64,000 nt of DNA, taken from contig JACPHU010000013.1 in NCBI GenBank assembly GCA_016188495.1, positions 5,498 through 69,497 on the forward strand, written 5' to 3'. The position numbers and the translations under genes are program-made. Of this stretch, positions 28,089-37,268 are shown piece by piece; positions within the stretch are counted from its first letter, which is position 1, and each line of letters opens with the position of its first letter. The notes under the pieces were generated by a model. The model saw only the letters and a program-made list of their open reading frames with translations, was not told the DNA's origin and did not search any database. The stretch is from Candidatus Uhrbacteria bacterium. GTDB taxonomy: Bacteria; Patescibacteriota; Patescibacteriia; UBA9934; GWF2-40-263.

Positions 28089-29054
28089 ATGAAACTCTTG
28101 CGGAGACAGATTGCTCTAGGATTCTTTAGTCTCTTGTTCCTAGGTTCGGGCTGTCTTTCTCCAGATGTTTCAAATCTGACGCCAGAGCAAGCGGCTTCCA
28201 ACCTTTCTTTTTCTGTTGGGGATACCTTTGTTTTAAGGCCAACTGTGTTGGGATTGGGTGGTTCCGTTGTTGAATGGTCGGGTGCGGATGAGCAGATACG
28301 TACGGTCACTCTGACCGATTGGATTCCCAATCAGAAAGTACATGTAACGTGGGAGAGTTTAGTGACGGTTGAAACGTCTGAGTCTCAAGTAGCAAGAGAA
28401 GCGTATGATGCTCAGTATTCTCAATCTCCTGTGGGAGTTGAAATTCCTGAGGCTCCTGAACCCGTTTATGAACAACGTTCTCAAACGGGAACCATTGCTT
28501 CACAATCATTAGCAACGGCTACCACACTAAAACTTGCCCAACAGTGGCCTGTCGGTGATGGGGGAATGGTCGAAGAATCCCTTGTATGGCTTTCTCCTTC
28601 CCAATATAGTGAACTTATTAATACCCGATCGACAAAAGTGAGTTTGGGTTTATTTGATGAATCTTTAACCAGAATTGAAGACACTACCGCGCAAGCAAAG
28701 TCTTTTGTTGATCGAATCAGTGGTTTCTTCTCATTGTTTACGGGTGATGATTCGTCTGTGAATAATGAGTCAACAGTACCTACAATAAAAAATGCTACAA
28801 CGATAGAAGCGAATCCTTCTTGGGGAGTTTATTCTTTAGACGTGGATGGTGTGAGAACAAAGGTAAGAGTGGTTGAAGCCAAGAATTCCTTTGCCAGTTA
28901 TAAAATCCTCGCGAATCCAGAGAATCCTATTATTTTAGAAATTCAACTCACTCCTCTTTCTCAGGGAAACCTTAAATTTTTGAGTAAAGAAGGACTAGCA
29001 AAAGGATTCAGCGGATATGAAATTTCACAGATCAATCTAAAAACGGGCGAATAG
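28089..29054 (+). CDS. Putative lipoprotein
   Basis: Signal peptide ending LFLGSGC. Confidence 0.65.
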   Translation: MKLLRRQIALGFFSLLFLGSGCLSPDVSNLTPEQAASNLSFSVGDTFVLRPTVLGLGGSVVEWSGADEQIRTVTLTDWIPNQKVHVTWESLVTVETSESQVAREAYDAQYSQSPVGVEIPEAPEPVYEQRSQTGTIASQSLATATTLKLAQQWPVGDGGMVEESLVWLSPSQYSELINTRSTKVSLGLFDESLTRIEDTTAQAKSFVDRISGFFSLFTGDDSSVNNESTVPTIKNATTIEANPSWGVYSLDVDGVRTKVRVVEAKNSFASYKILANPENPIILEIQLTPLSQGNLKFLSKEGLAKGFSGYEISQINLKTGE

Positions 29055-29063
29055 CCCGTTTTT
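29039..29063. terminator. Terminator hairpin
   Basis: AAAAACGGGC-GAATA-GCCCGTTTTT. Confidence 0.7.
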
Positions 29064-29078
29064 AGTGATTTCGAACTA

Positions 29079-29107
29079 TTGACTTTTTCCATAAAATTGT
29101 TTATGAT
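29079..29107 (+). promoter_or_regulatory. Sigma70-like promoter
   Basis: TTGACT-17nt-TATGAT. Confidence 0.6.
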
Positions 29108-29162
29108 CCATCGTCTTTAGTGAAAGACTTCATGGTAATAATCTCACAAAAGGAGAAAATTC

Positions 29163-29495
29163 ATGTCCGTTACCTTAAGGGAGTTTCTTGAAGTAGAGCT
29201 TCAAAAGAATCAAGATTCATTTGAAAACATCGAAGCGCTGGCCATTAGCAATAAGTATCAGTGTGATGGAATCAGATGTCTTGCAGACTCAGAAGAAATC
29301 AAAAAAGTTTTAGATGAGGAACACTATGATTTTCCTAGTATTCCTCGGTTTGTCATGTGGACTACAAAACGAATTTATTTCCTTACGATTCACAATGCGG
29401 GACCAGCATATGATGGCGATGAATGTCAGTTTGAGCACGAAATAAGTAGTATTTCTAGAAATCCCTCAGCAGAATTGATTCAGTCTGAGTACTGA
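29163..29495 (+). CDS. Hypothetical protein
   Basis: 110-aa ORF with AAGGAG SD, its own promoter and a downstream terminator (29509-29541). Confidence 0.7.
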   Translation: MSVTLREFLEVELQKNQDSFENIEALAISNKYQCDGIRCLADSEEIKKVLDEEHYDFPSIPRFVMWTTKRIYFLTIHNAGPAYDGDECQFEHEISSISRNPSAELIQSEY

Positions 29496-29558
29496 ACTCA
29501 AATCATCGAAACCTCGGCACTTACGGTGTCCGAGGTTTTTTTACATACGTTCGTTTTT

Positions 29559-30410
29559 TTATCCGAATTTTGCCATCCAATGCTTGTCCACTTCTACCGT
29601 GAGATCAAGAAAGACTTTTGTATTAAGAACAGCTTCCAGTTCGTGGCGGGTCGATTGACCGATTTCCCGAATGCCGCGACCGCCCTGACCGATGATCATG
29701 CGTTTATAGCGATCGTCATTTGTAAAGATGGTTCCCGCGATATAGATCATTCCATTGGGTCGTTCTTCTACCTCGCTTACCTCTACGTGGGTACTGTAGG
29801 GGACTTCCTGACGCAAACGCAGAAAGAGTTTTTCTCGAATCAGTTCTGCCAACCATACCTTATTTGGCATGTTTGTAAGCTGGTGTTCTGGGTAGTAATA
29901 CTCACCTTCGGGCATCAGCTCAAACAGTTTTTTAACAAGATGATTGATGTTGGTTTCTCGCAAGGCTGAGACTTCAAACGTGGCTGTATACTCTGGTGAA
30001 AGATCGCGATAGAAATCAAGAAACGGTTTTATTTTGGCATCTATTTTATTGATGACCAAAATTTTTGGCTTTTGCAAAGAGGCAATGGTACGCATGACTT
30101 CGCGCTCTTCTTGTCCGATTTCACGCGTTGGATCTACTACGTATACAATCACATCAACATCGTTGAGTGACGCTCGGACAGATTCTGCAAGTTTTTTAGA
30201 TAAAAGATCCTTTTCTCCTTTAAGAACTCCTGGAGTATCCACGAAGACCATTTGCCCTTCCTCGCGTGTGATAATCCCTTGGATAGGAAGACGCGTGGTT
30301 TGCGGTTTTGGGGTAGTAATGGCAATTTTTGAACCAACGATCGTGTTCATGAGGGTTGATTTACCCACGTTTGAACGACCGATCATCACGACGAAACCAG
30401 ATTTTGGCAT
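29559..30410 (-). CDS. era: GTPase Era
   Basis: GRSNVGKSTL, KPQTTR, DTPG, NKID and a KH domain (EVPY, IIGQGG..I). Confidence 0.97.
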   Translation of the reverse strand: MPKSGFVVMIGRSNVGKSTLMNTIVGSKIAITTPKPQTTRLPIQGIITREEGQMVFVDTPGVLKGEKDLLSKKLAESVRASLNDVDVIVYVVDPTREIGQEEREVMRTIASLQKPKILVINKIDAKIKPFLDFYRDLSPEYTATFEVSALRETNINHLVKKLFELMPEGEYYYPEHQLTNMPNKVWLAELIREKLFLRLRQEVPYSTHVEVSEVEERPNGMIYIAGTIFTNDDRYKRMIIGQGGRGIREIGQSTRHELEAVLNTKVFLDLTVEVDKHWMAKFG

Positions 30411-30430
30411 AGAATAGAGGTAATCAGATT

Positions 30431-30559
30431 AGGAATTGTCGTCTTATTCGATGAGATTGCCTTGAATGGGGCGATCGACGACAGAGCCGTACTCACAGTA
30501 CGGTGACGAGTCGATGGGGCCCCATGAAAGGCAAGATCGCGAATGAGACGACAATTCCT
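30431..30559. other. ~130-nt structured hairpin element, copy 2
   Basis: 19/20-bp terminal inverted repeat (30431-30450/30540-30559) with nested stems; homologous to 9944-10075. Confidence 0.75.
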
Positions 30560-30560
30560 T

Positions 30561-31691
30561 TTACTTAAGAAGTAAAGAAGAGACTAGTTCAACATGAGGA
30601 GTATGTGGAAACAGATCAATCGCGCGCATGGCTTCCACGGTATAGTATTGCTGTAATTGTATCATTTCTCGCGCAAAGTTTTTGTAGTTACAGGAAATAT
30701 AGACAATGTGTTTTGGTTTAACCTGGAGAATATCCTCTAGAGCCTTATCATGCATTCCGCTGCGAGGAGGATCAAGAATAACGACATCACCACTAAGATT
30801 TTTCCAATCAAATTCTTCCGTCTTGGCATCATGATACTGGATGGTTCTATCATTAATTTCGGCATTTATCCGAGCATCTCTGATGGCATCCTTGCTCATT
30901 TCTACCCCGATGCATTCTTTGGCTTTTTCCGCTAACGCGATAGAAAAGAATCCTGATCCGCAATATAAATCTAAGAGCGTTTTTTGATGCATGTCACCAC
31001 AAAACGCAGTAACGGTTTCAAGAAGGAGCTTAGCTCCATGGGGATTTGTCTGAAAGAATGCGTTTGGACTTATACGATAGGTCGATGATCCGATGCGTTC
31101 TTCTATAAATCCTGGACCCGAGATCGTTTGTAGAACGTCTCCAAAACTGATATCCGTGATCGTACTGTTTTGAGACCAAATGAGTGTTGTCGCAAGAGAT
31201 TCTTTGGCCAGATGGGCAAGAGACTCTTGAAGAAAAGAAGATTCTTGCTCATGTTGTGGGACCGAAGTGATCACGTTGATCATCGTTTCTCCTAAGGTTG
31301 TCGATCGGATCACAGCGTAGCGTAAAAGACCTTGATGACTTTTGCGATCATAATAAGAGAGTCCGGAGGATTTCACCCATGTTCGTACGATGTGGAACAG
31401 ATCCTCGATTTTTTTATCAGCCAAAAAACAGGTGTGTCCATCAATCACTTTCCACCATTTTCCTTTTTCCCGCATTCCTACACGACCTTCGAAATCGATC
31501 ACAAAGTCCATGCGATTCCGGTAATGTTCTGTGATAGGAGATGGTAAAATGGTTTCACACAACAGATCCACATTTTTTATCTTGAAAGATCCATTGATAT
31601 CTGAAACTTTTTGAAGAAGCTGTTTCTGGTAGGGAATATGAGACCAAGAACAAGATCCACAAATGTCTTTATTTGAGCAAAGAGATGACAT
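30561..31691 (-). CDS. rlmD: RNA (uracil-C5)-methyltransferase, RlmD/TrmA family
   Basis: CGSCSW, YRNR, AFFQTN, DLYCGSG, DPPRSG, YISCN and DLFPHTPHVE. Confidence 0.85.
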   Translation of the reverse strand: MSSLCSNKDICGSCSWSHIPYQKQLLQKVSDINGSFKIKNVDLLCETILPSPITEHYRNRMDFVIDFEGRVGMREKGKWWKVIDGHTCFLADKKIEDLFHIVRTWVKSSGLSYYDRKSHQGLLRYAVIRSTTLGETMINVITSVPQHEQESSFLQESLAHLAKESLATTLIWSQNSTITDISFGDVLQTISGPGFIEERIGSSTYRISPNAFFQTNPHGAKLLLETVTAFCGDMHQKTLLDLYCGSGFFSIALAEKAKECIGVEMSKDAIRDARINAEINDRTIQYHDAKTEEFDWKNLSGDVVILDPPRSGMHDKALEDILQVKPKHIVYISCNYKNFAREMIQLQQYYTVEAMRAIDLFPHTPHVELVSSLLLK

Positions 31692-31744
31692 AACAGCACA
31701 ATGCTACGCTTCTTCACCCTTTTTTTCAAGAGTTTATTCATTCT

Positions 31745-32194
31745 ATGATTGTTATTGCACATAATATTCGCTCTTTGCATAATGTTGGATCCATTTTTCG
31801 ATCTTGCGATGCGTTTGCTGTTGAAAAATTATATTTAACAGGTTTTACCGGTGTTCCTCCTAGAAAAGAGATCGCAAAAGTCTCATTAGGATCCGAACAT
31901 CGAGTGTCTTGGGAAGCGGTTTTAGAAATCCGGTCATTATTACAGACCTTAAAACAGCAAGGGTTTTGTGTGGTCGCCTTAGACAATACTCATGCGAGCA
32001 TGCCTATTCAGACATTTAAAACGGATAAGCCTTTGGCTCTTCTTCTGGGTAACGAAGTAGACGGGGTTGAAAAAGACCTTTTAGCTGCGTGTGACCAACA
32101 GGTTGAGATTTTGATGCCTGGCGAAAAACAATCACTCAATGTGTCGGTCGCAACAGGGATCGCTCTGTTTGCTCTCACACAAGAAGGACGGTAA
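31745..32194 (+). CDS. SpoU/TrmH-family RNA methyltransferase
   Basis: NIRSLHNVGSIFRS, GNEVDG and SLNVSVA. Confidence 0.9.
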   Translation: MIVIAHNIRSLHNVGSIFRSCDAFAVEKLYLTGFTGVPPRKEIAKVSLGSEHRVSWEAVLEIRSLLQTLKQQGFCVVALDNTHASMPIQTFKTDKPLALLLGNEVDGVEKDLLAACDQQVEILMPGEKQSLNVSVATGIALFALTQEGR

Positions 32195-32204
32195 AATAGA
32201 ATAA

Positions 32205-32930
32205 ATGTTAACGATTATTATCCCCACAAAAAATGAAGAGTCGTATCTTCCACGACTTCTCGAGTCTATTAGTAAACAGACACGACAACCTGTTGAGGTT
32301 ATTGTTTCCGATGCGCAATCAACAGACACCACACGAGAAATCGCCCGTTCTTTTGGCGCACGCGTGGTTGAAGGCGGAGCGATTTCTTTTGGAAGAAATG
32401 CCGGAGCGTCGTATGCGCACACAGAGCTTCTCTTATTTTTAGATGCTGACGTAGAACTGCGTGACCCGCAATTTTTGGAAAAAGGCGTGGAAGAAATGCT
32501 GCAGAGAAAATTAGATTTGGCCACATGCGATGTGTTTCCGCTTTCTGACGCGTTTATCGATCATGTCATGCATAAAGCCTATAACACGTATGCCCGCGCG
32601 TGGGGTTCTCTTTTTCCGCATGCTCCTGGTTTTTGCATGTTTGCACGTAAACAACTTCATGATCGTATTCAGGGTTTTGATGAAAAAATTACCTTTTGTG
32701 AAGATCATGACTACGCGCGCCGTGCGTGCGTTGTGGGAAAATTTGGTCTTCTTAAATCCACAAAAATCCCTGTTTCTATTCGAAGATTGGATCGAGATGG
32801 TCGAATGAACATTGCGATAAAGTACATGCTCGCTGAATTTCACCTCGCATTTATTGGTCCTATACGACACAACCGGTTCCACTATACGTTTGGCTATGAC
32901 AAGCTAAAAGATAAAAAACAAAGACGTTGA
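32205..32930 (+). CDS. Glycosyltransferase family 2
   Basis: IIIPTKNEE, DAQSTD, FLDAD and ED. Confidence 0.9.
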   Translation: MLTIIIPTKNEESYLPRLLESISKQTRQPVEVIVSDAQSTDTTREIARSFGARVVEGGAISFGRNAGASYAHTELLLFLDADVELRDPQFLEKGVEEMLQRKLDLATCDVFPLSDAFIDHVMHKAYNTYARAWGSLFPHAPGFCMFARKQLHDRIQGFDEKITFCEDHDYARRACVVGKFGLLKSTKIPVSIRRLDRDGRMNIAIKYMLAEFHLAFIGPIRHNRFHYTFGYDKLKDKKQRR

Positions 32931-32936
32931 AATCGT

Positions 32937-33854
32937 ATGGGAATACAGGTTGTAGAATCAAAAGGCGTGAGTTGGCATCATATCAATCAGGTGGATGATC
33001 ATGATCTTGAGCAGCTTCAAGAACGTTTTAAGTTTAATCATCTTGATTATGATGATATCCGTGCGGAATCACCCATTTCTAAAATGGATATCTATAAACA
33101 TTATCTTTTTTTTGTTTTTCATATTCCAGCCATTGATAAAGAATCAGAACATTTGTACGGGGAAGAATTGTATATTTTTTTGAGTGCTGAAAGTTTGGTC
33201 ACGATAACGCATATCCCCATTCCTGTTTTAGAAGCTTTTTTTGAAAGAATGCAACGAAGTAACAAGTTTCGATCCATCGTGCTAGGCAAGGGTACACCTT
33301 TTGCTATGCATAAAATTTTAGCAGAAGTGTTTCATGAAGGCCTTTCTTTGCTTGGGGATTTGACCAAGGAAGTTCACAGACTTGAAGAGGCAATTGAGCA
33401 CAGACATGACAAACGTTTGACCGTGGATTTGGGTCATGTACGAAGAAATGTTCTCTTTTTACGTCATGTAATTGATCCACAAAGAACAATTGTGGCAAGC
33501 TTATCCAATATAAAACGGTCTTTTATTTCTGAGGACATGGCTATTTACTTTGATGATGTACACGACGTGCTGGATACGATTTGGCTTTCTTCGGATAATT
33601 TGAAACTTATTATTGATGGTTTATTTGATATGAACGAGGCTCTTCTTTCACATAAAACCAATGAGGTCGTGACCATTTTGACCCTTGTATCTGCCGCATT
33701 AATGGTACCCACACTCATTGCTGGTTTTTACGGAATGAATGTTCCGTGGCTGCCTTATGTTGAAAATGCAAAAATCGTTTCGTTATTTTATGCCGTTGGA
33801 TTTTTTGGAATGCTTCTTATTGTTTTGATCATTATCAAAAGACCTCGTTCCTAA
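32937..33854 (+). CDS. corA: CorA-family Mg2+ transporter
   Basis: PTLIAGFYGMN signature and two C-terminal TM segments. Confidence 0.92.
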   Translation: MGIQVVESKGVSWHHINQVDDHDLEQLQERFKFNHLDYDDIRAESPISKMDIYKHYLFFVFHIPAIDKESEHLYGEELYIFLSAESLVTITHIPIPVLEAFFERMQRSNKFRSIVLGKGTPFAMHKILAEVFHEGLSLLGDLTKEVHRLEEAIEHRHDKRLTVDLGHVRRNVLFLRHVIDPQRTIVASLSNIKRSFISEDMAIYFDDVHDVLDTIWLSSDNLKLIIDGLFDMNEALLSHKTNEVVTILTLVSAALMVPTLIAGFYGMNVPWLPYVENAKIVSLFYAVGFFGMLLIVLIIIKRPRS

Positions 33855-33860
33855 TAATGT

Positions 33861-34418
33861 ATGGAGATACCTGTTGTCGTACAACACAGACATGTTCATC
33901 TTTGTGAGCATGATGCTCAAATTCTTTTTGGGACGGATAACCTCACCTCATCACGGATGATTGACCAAAGAGATCAGTACATCTTTTCGCGCAAGGTGAG
34001 TCTTCATGGATCCAAAGGTTCTTTCGAAGATGTGTGTGTCATCGGTCCTGTACGAGATCAGACGCAAGTGGAAATTTCTTCCAGTGATGCCTATGCGATC
34101 GGACTCCTTGCGCCATTGCGGGTTTCAGGTGATTTAGAGCGATCCGGTACCGTTCTTCTTAAGACAGATTTAGGAGAAATTCGTGCCAAATCAAGTACAA
34201 TTATCCCTATGCGTCATTTGCATCTCCCGCTTTCTCTTGCAGAGGAATTAGGACTTTCTCATCATGATACCGTCTCTCTTACCCTAAAAGAGTATCCGGA
34301 GATCGTCTTTGACCATGTCGTTATCAGAATTCATCCAGCCTTTCTTCCTGCCTTTCATCTGACTAAAGATGAGGCCGCATCAGAGTGGATACAGACAGGT
34401 GATCACGTTATTTTATGA
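33861..34418 (+). CDS. pduL: PduL/EutD-like phosphate acyltransferase (divergent)
   Basis: RHVHL, GPVR.QTQVEIS..DA...G..PLR.SG, RHLHL and FHL..DEA. Confidence 0.75.
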   Translation: MEIPVVVQHRHVHLCEHDAQILFGTDNLTSSRMIDQRDQYIFSRKVSLHGSKGSFEDVCVIGPVRDQTQVEISSSDAYAIGLLAPLRVSGDLERSGTVLLKTDLGEIRAKSSTIIPMRHLHLPLSLAEELGLSHHDTVSLTLKEYPEIVFDHVVIRIHPAFLPAFHLTKDEAASEWIQTGDHVIL

Positions 34419-35629
34419 AACGTTATTTCTTTTTTTCTCTCCTCGTTTTCTTTTTTCCTGTTGTGGCTTACGCTGCTGTGGATTTAGGCATAAGTCAGGG
34501 GGATATTCATTTTTCAAAAGAAACCTTTGTTGCAGGTGATGCGATTCGTATTTATGCAACCGTTCATAACGTTGGAGATCAAGATGTTTCCGGGTATGTG
34601 AGTTTTTACCAGGGTGCATCTTTGATCGGACAACCTCAGGCCATTTCGTTATTAAAAAATGGAAACCCTGAGGAAGTTTATGTAGATTTTATTGTTCCTG
34701 TTTCTGAATTCAATATCATGGCGCAAGTCGGGGGTACAGATCCCGAAGATAGTAATTCATCCAATAACACGGCGATCACCGGAAAAATTACGCCTATCAT
34801 CGATTCCGACCATGACGGCATAGATGAAAAAAATGATAACTGTCCTACGATGGCTAACGAAACACAGATTGATTCCGATAAGGATGGCCAGGGAGACGCT
34901 TGCGATCAGGACGATGACGGAGACGGCTTATCTGATGAAGTAGAAAAAGAACTTGGAACAGATACGACGCAAGTCGATTCCGATGGGGATGGAGTAAACG
35001 ATCCTCAGGATGCTTATCCTACAGATAAAGAAAAGACGGTTATTGAAACTCCACAGGAAGAAACAAAAGAAACGATTGATTCTTCAACGGTTTCCGATAC
35101 AAAAGAGACATTTCAACAAATTGTCACGAAAGTTGCTCAAACTATTCGTGAAACTTCAGATACCCAGTCTGATCCGTCGTCCTCTCTTGATGATCAAGAA
35201 CATGAAGAAACTTTATTAGACACAGATACGCTTTCTAAAAATGAGGTCACGATAAACGAAGTAAGCATTTCTCCCAATACGGTTTTTCGATCTCGGAGAG
35301 AATCCTGGAATACCTTTACATTTGAAGTCCTCGCTCCGCCGAACGATTCCACGATTTATGTTTGGGATTTTGGCGATGGAGTAAATTCATCAAAGTCATT
35401 TGTTAGCCATACGTACAATTCTCCGGGAGCTTTTACTGTTTCTTTAACCATGACCGATGCTTCAGGCGTTGTTTCTACGGATTCAACAACGGTTTTTGTC
35501 CCATTTTTTAGCCTTTCAAATCGTTTAGTGGTCGTTTCACTTGGGCTTTTGAGTCTTTTATTAATAATCGCTCTCGTTTTCTTCTTTTCTTTAGGAAGAA
35601 AACGTTTTAAAGAATCGTCGCATGTTTAG
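34415..35629 (+). CDS. Surface protein with CARDB, thrombospondin type-3 Ca-binding repeats, PKD domain and C-terminal TM
   Basis: ATVHNVG..SNSSNN; DSDHDG..DNCP..DSDKDGQGDACD; WDFGDG..HTY..PG.FTV.LT. Confidence 0.8.
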   Translation: MKRYFFFSLLVFFFPVVAYAAVDLGISQGDIHFSKETFVAGDAIRIYATVHNVGDQDVSGYVSFYQGASLIGQPQAISLLKNGNPEEVYVDFIVPVSEFNIMAQVGGTDPEDSNSSNNTAITGKITPIIDSDHDGIDEKNDNCPTMANETQIDSDKDGQGDACDQDDDGDGLSDEVEKELGTDTTQVDSDGDGVNDPQDAYPTDKEKTVIETPQEETKETIDSSTVSDTKETFQQIVTKVAQTIRETSDTQSDPSSSLDDQEHEETLLDTDTLSKNEVTINEVSISPNTVFRSRRESWNTFTFEVLAPPNDSTIYVWDFGDGVNSSKSFVSHTYNSPGAFTVSLTMTDASGVVSTDSTTVFVPFFSLSNRLVVVSLGLLSLLLIIALVFFFSLGRKRFKESSHV

Positions 35630-37229
35630 TTTTTTTCAAAAAGAATCGAAAACGATTATCGGAGCAGCAACGATTGTCGGCATTTTATCATTGGCCAGTC
35701 GTTTAGTTGGTTTTGTTCGCGATAGAATTCTTGCTGGTACATTTGGAGCGGGGGATACGTTAGACGTCTACTATGCCGCATTTAAAATTCCTGACCTCTT
35801 GTTTAATTTGATCGTTGTGGGTGCGTTGTCTGCAAGTTTTATTCCTCTTTTCCTTTCCCATTACCATAAACCTTTACAAAGACAGCAAGCCTGGGATTTT
35901 ACCAATAATGCTATTCATCTGATAGGAAGCATTATTCTTCTTTTCTCTCTTGTTCTTATTTTTTTTGCGACTCCTCTGGCACATCTGATTGCACCAGGAT
36001 TTGAAGAATTCAAGCAAGTCAAAGTGGTTCTGTTCATGCGGATCATGTTTTTAGGACAAATTTTTTTAGCGGTTTCACTCATCTACGGATCCGTGTTACA
36101 AAGTTTAAAACATTTTTTTATTTACTCTCTCGCCCCTCTTTTTTATAACGCGGGTATTATTATAGGAGCACTCTGGTTAGAACCTGTTTTTGGTTCGGTC
36201 GGTCTTGCTTGGGGGGTTGTGTTGGGAACGTTTTTTCATTTATGCACGCAAATCATTGGAATGCGTGGTACAGGTTATGCATACCGTTTTGTTCTTGATC
36301 CTCGTTCAAAAGACATGCGGGAAATGGTAAGGCTCATGGGTCCACGGACGATTGGTCTGGCAGTGAATCAGTTGATGTTTATGATTTTGACGATTATGGC
36401 ATCGATGTTTGTGGCCGGTAGCCTCACGATCTTTCAATTTGCTTACAATATTCAATTTTTTGCGGTAGGAATTTTTGGCGTCTCTTTTGCTATCGCTGTG
36501 TTTCCTACGTTATCGGAATTTGTAGAAAAAAAAGAATTGTCTAAATTTATTGAAACAATTGCTAGGACAACAGGTCAATTATTTTATCTTCTTATTCCCA
36601 TGACTCTTTTATTTTTAATTTTTCGTGCACAGATTGTACGTGTGGTGGTTGGGGCAGGGGCGTTTGATTGGTCAGCCACAGTGTTAACCGCTAACACGTT
36701 GGCTTTTTTTGCCCTCACCTTTATTCCTCAATCTCTTGTATTTTTGCTCGCCCGTGCTTTTTATGCTCTGCATGACACCATTACTCCTCTCACTATTGCT
36801 GTTGTCTCTGCCTTTGTGGGTATATTAAGTGCTTTTCTTTTTCGTGAAAGTTTTGGAGTGATTTCTTTGGCGATCGCTTATTCTATTTCATCGCTGGTAA
36901 ATGCTTTGCTTCTTTGGATCTCCTTAAGACAACGAGTAGGAACATTACAAGAATCCGTTATTTTGAGTTCGTTGTTAAAAATGACAACTTGTGGTCTTTT
37001 TGCCGCGGTCATTATGCAGTTTCTCAAACCTATCGTTGTTTCGTTTATTCCACTGGAAACGTTTATCGGGGTTTTTCTTCAAGCGTTTTTAGCTGGTGGA
37101 GCAGGTTTGTTGGCTTATTTTATTTTAGGAATGTTTTTAGGAATTGAAGAACAAAAAAGATTTATTGATGCATTGAGACGTCATGCAGTGCGCCAGGCTA
37201 AACCAACGGAAGTTACTCTTGACCATTAA
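35622..37229 (+). CDS. murJ: Lipid II flippase MurJ
   Basis: SRLVGFVRD..AGTFGAG..D.YYAAFKIPD..GALSASFIP. Confidence 0.93.
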   Translation: MFSFFQKESKTIIGAATIVGILSLASRLVGFVRDRILAGTFGAGDTLDVYYAAFKIPDLLFNLIVVGALSASFIPLFLSHYHKPLQRQQAWDFTNNAIHLIGSIILLFSLVLIFFATPLAHLIAPGFEEFKQVKVVLFMRIMFLGQIFLAVSLIYGSVLQSLKHFFIYSLAPLFYNAGIIIGALWLEPVFGSVGLAWGVVLGTFFHLCTQIIGMRGTGYAYRFVLDPRSKDMREMVRLMGPRTIGLAVNQLMFMILTIMASMFVAGSLTIFQFAYNIQFFAVGIFGVSFAIAVFPTLSEFVEKKELSKFIETIARTTGQLFYLLIPMTLLFLIFRAQIVRVVVGAGAFDWSATVLTANTLAFFALTFIPQSLVFLLARAFYALHDTITPLTIAVVSAFVGILSAFLFRESFGVISLAIAYSISSLVNALLLWISLRQRVGTLQESVILSSLLKMTTCGLFAAVIMQFLKPIVVSFIPLETFIGVFLQAFLAGGAGLLAYFILGMFLGIEEQKRFIDALRRHAVRQAKPTEVTLDH

Positions 37230-37268
37230 TTGGACGATAAAAAAAGGCTTTTGTAGAATGTTAGCGCT

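Noticed and set aside
26164-30417. Several 100-165-aa ORFs opposite the HAD, lipoprotein and era genes
   Set aside because: Antisense shadows overlapping better-supported genes.
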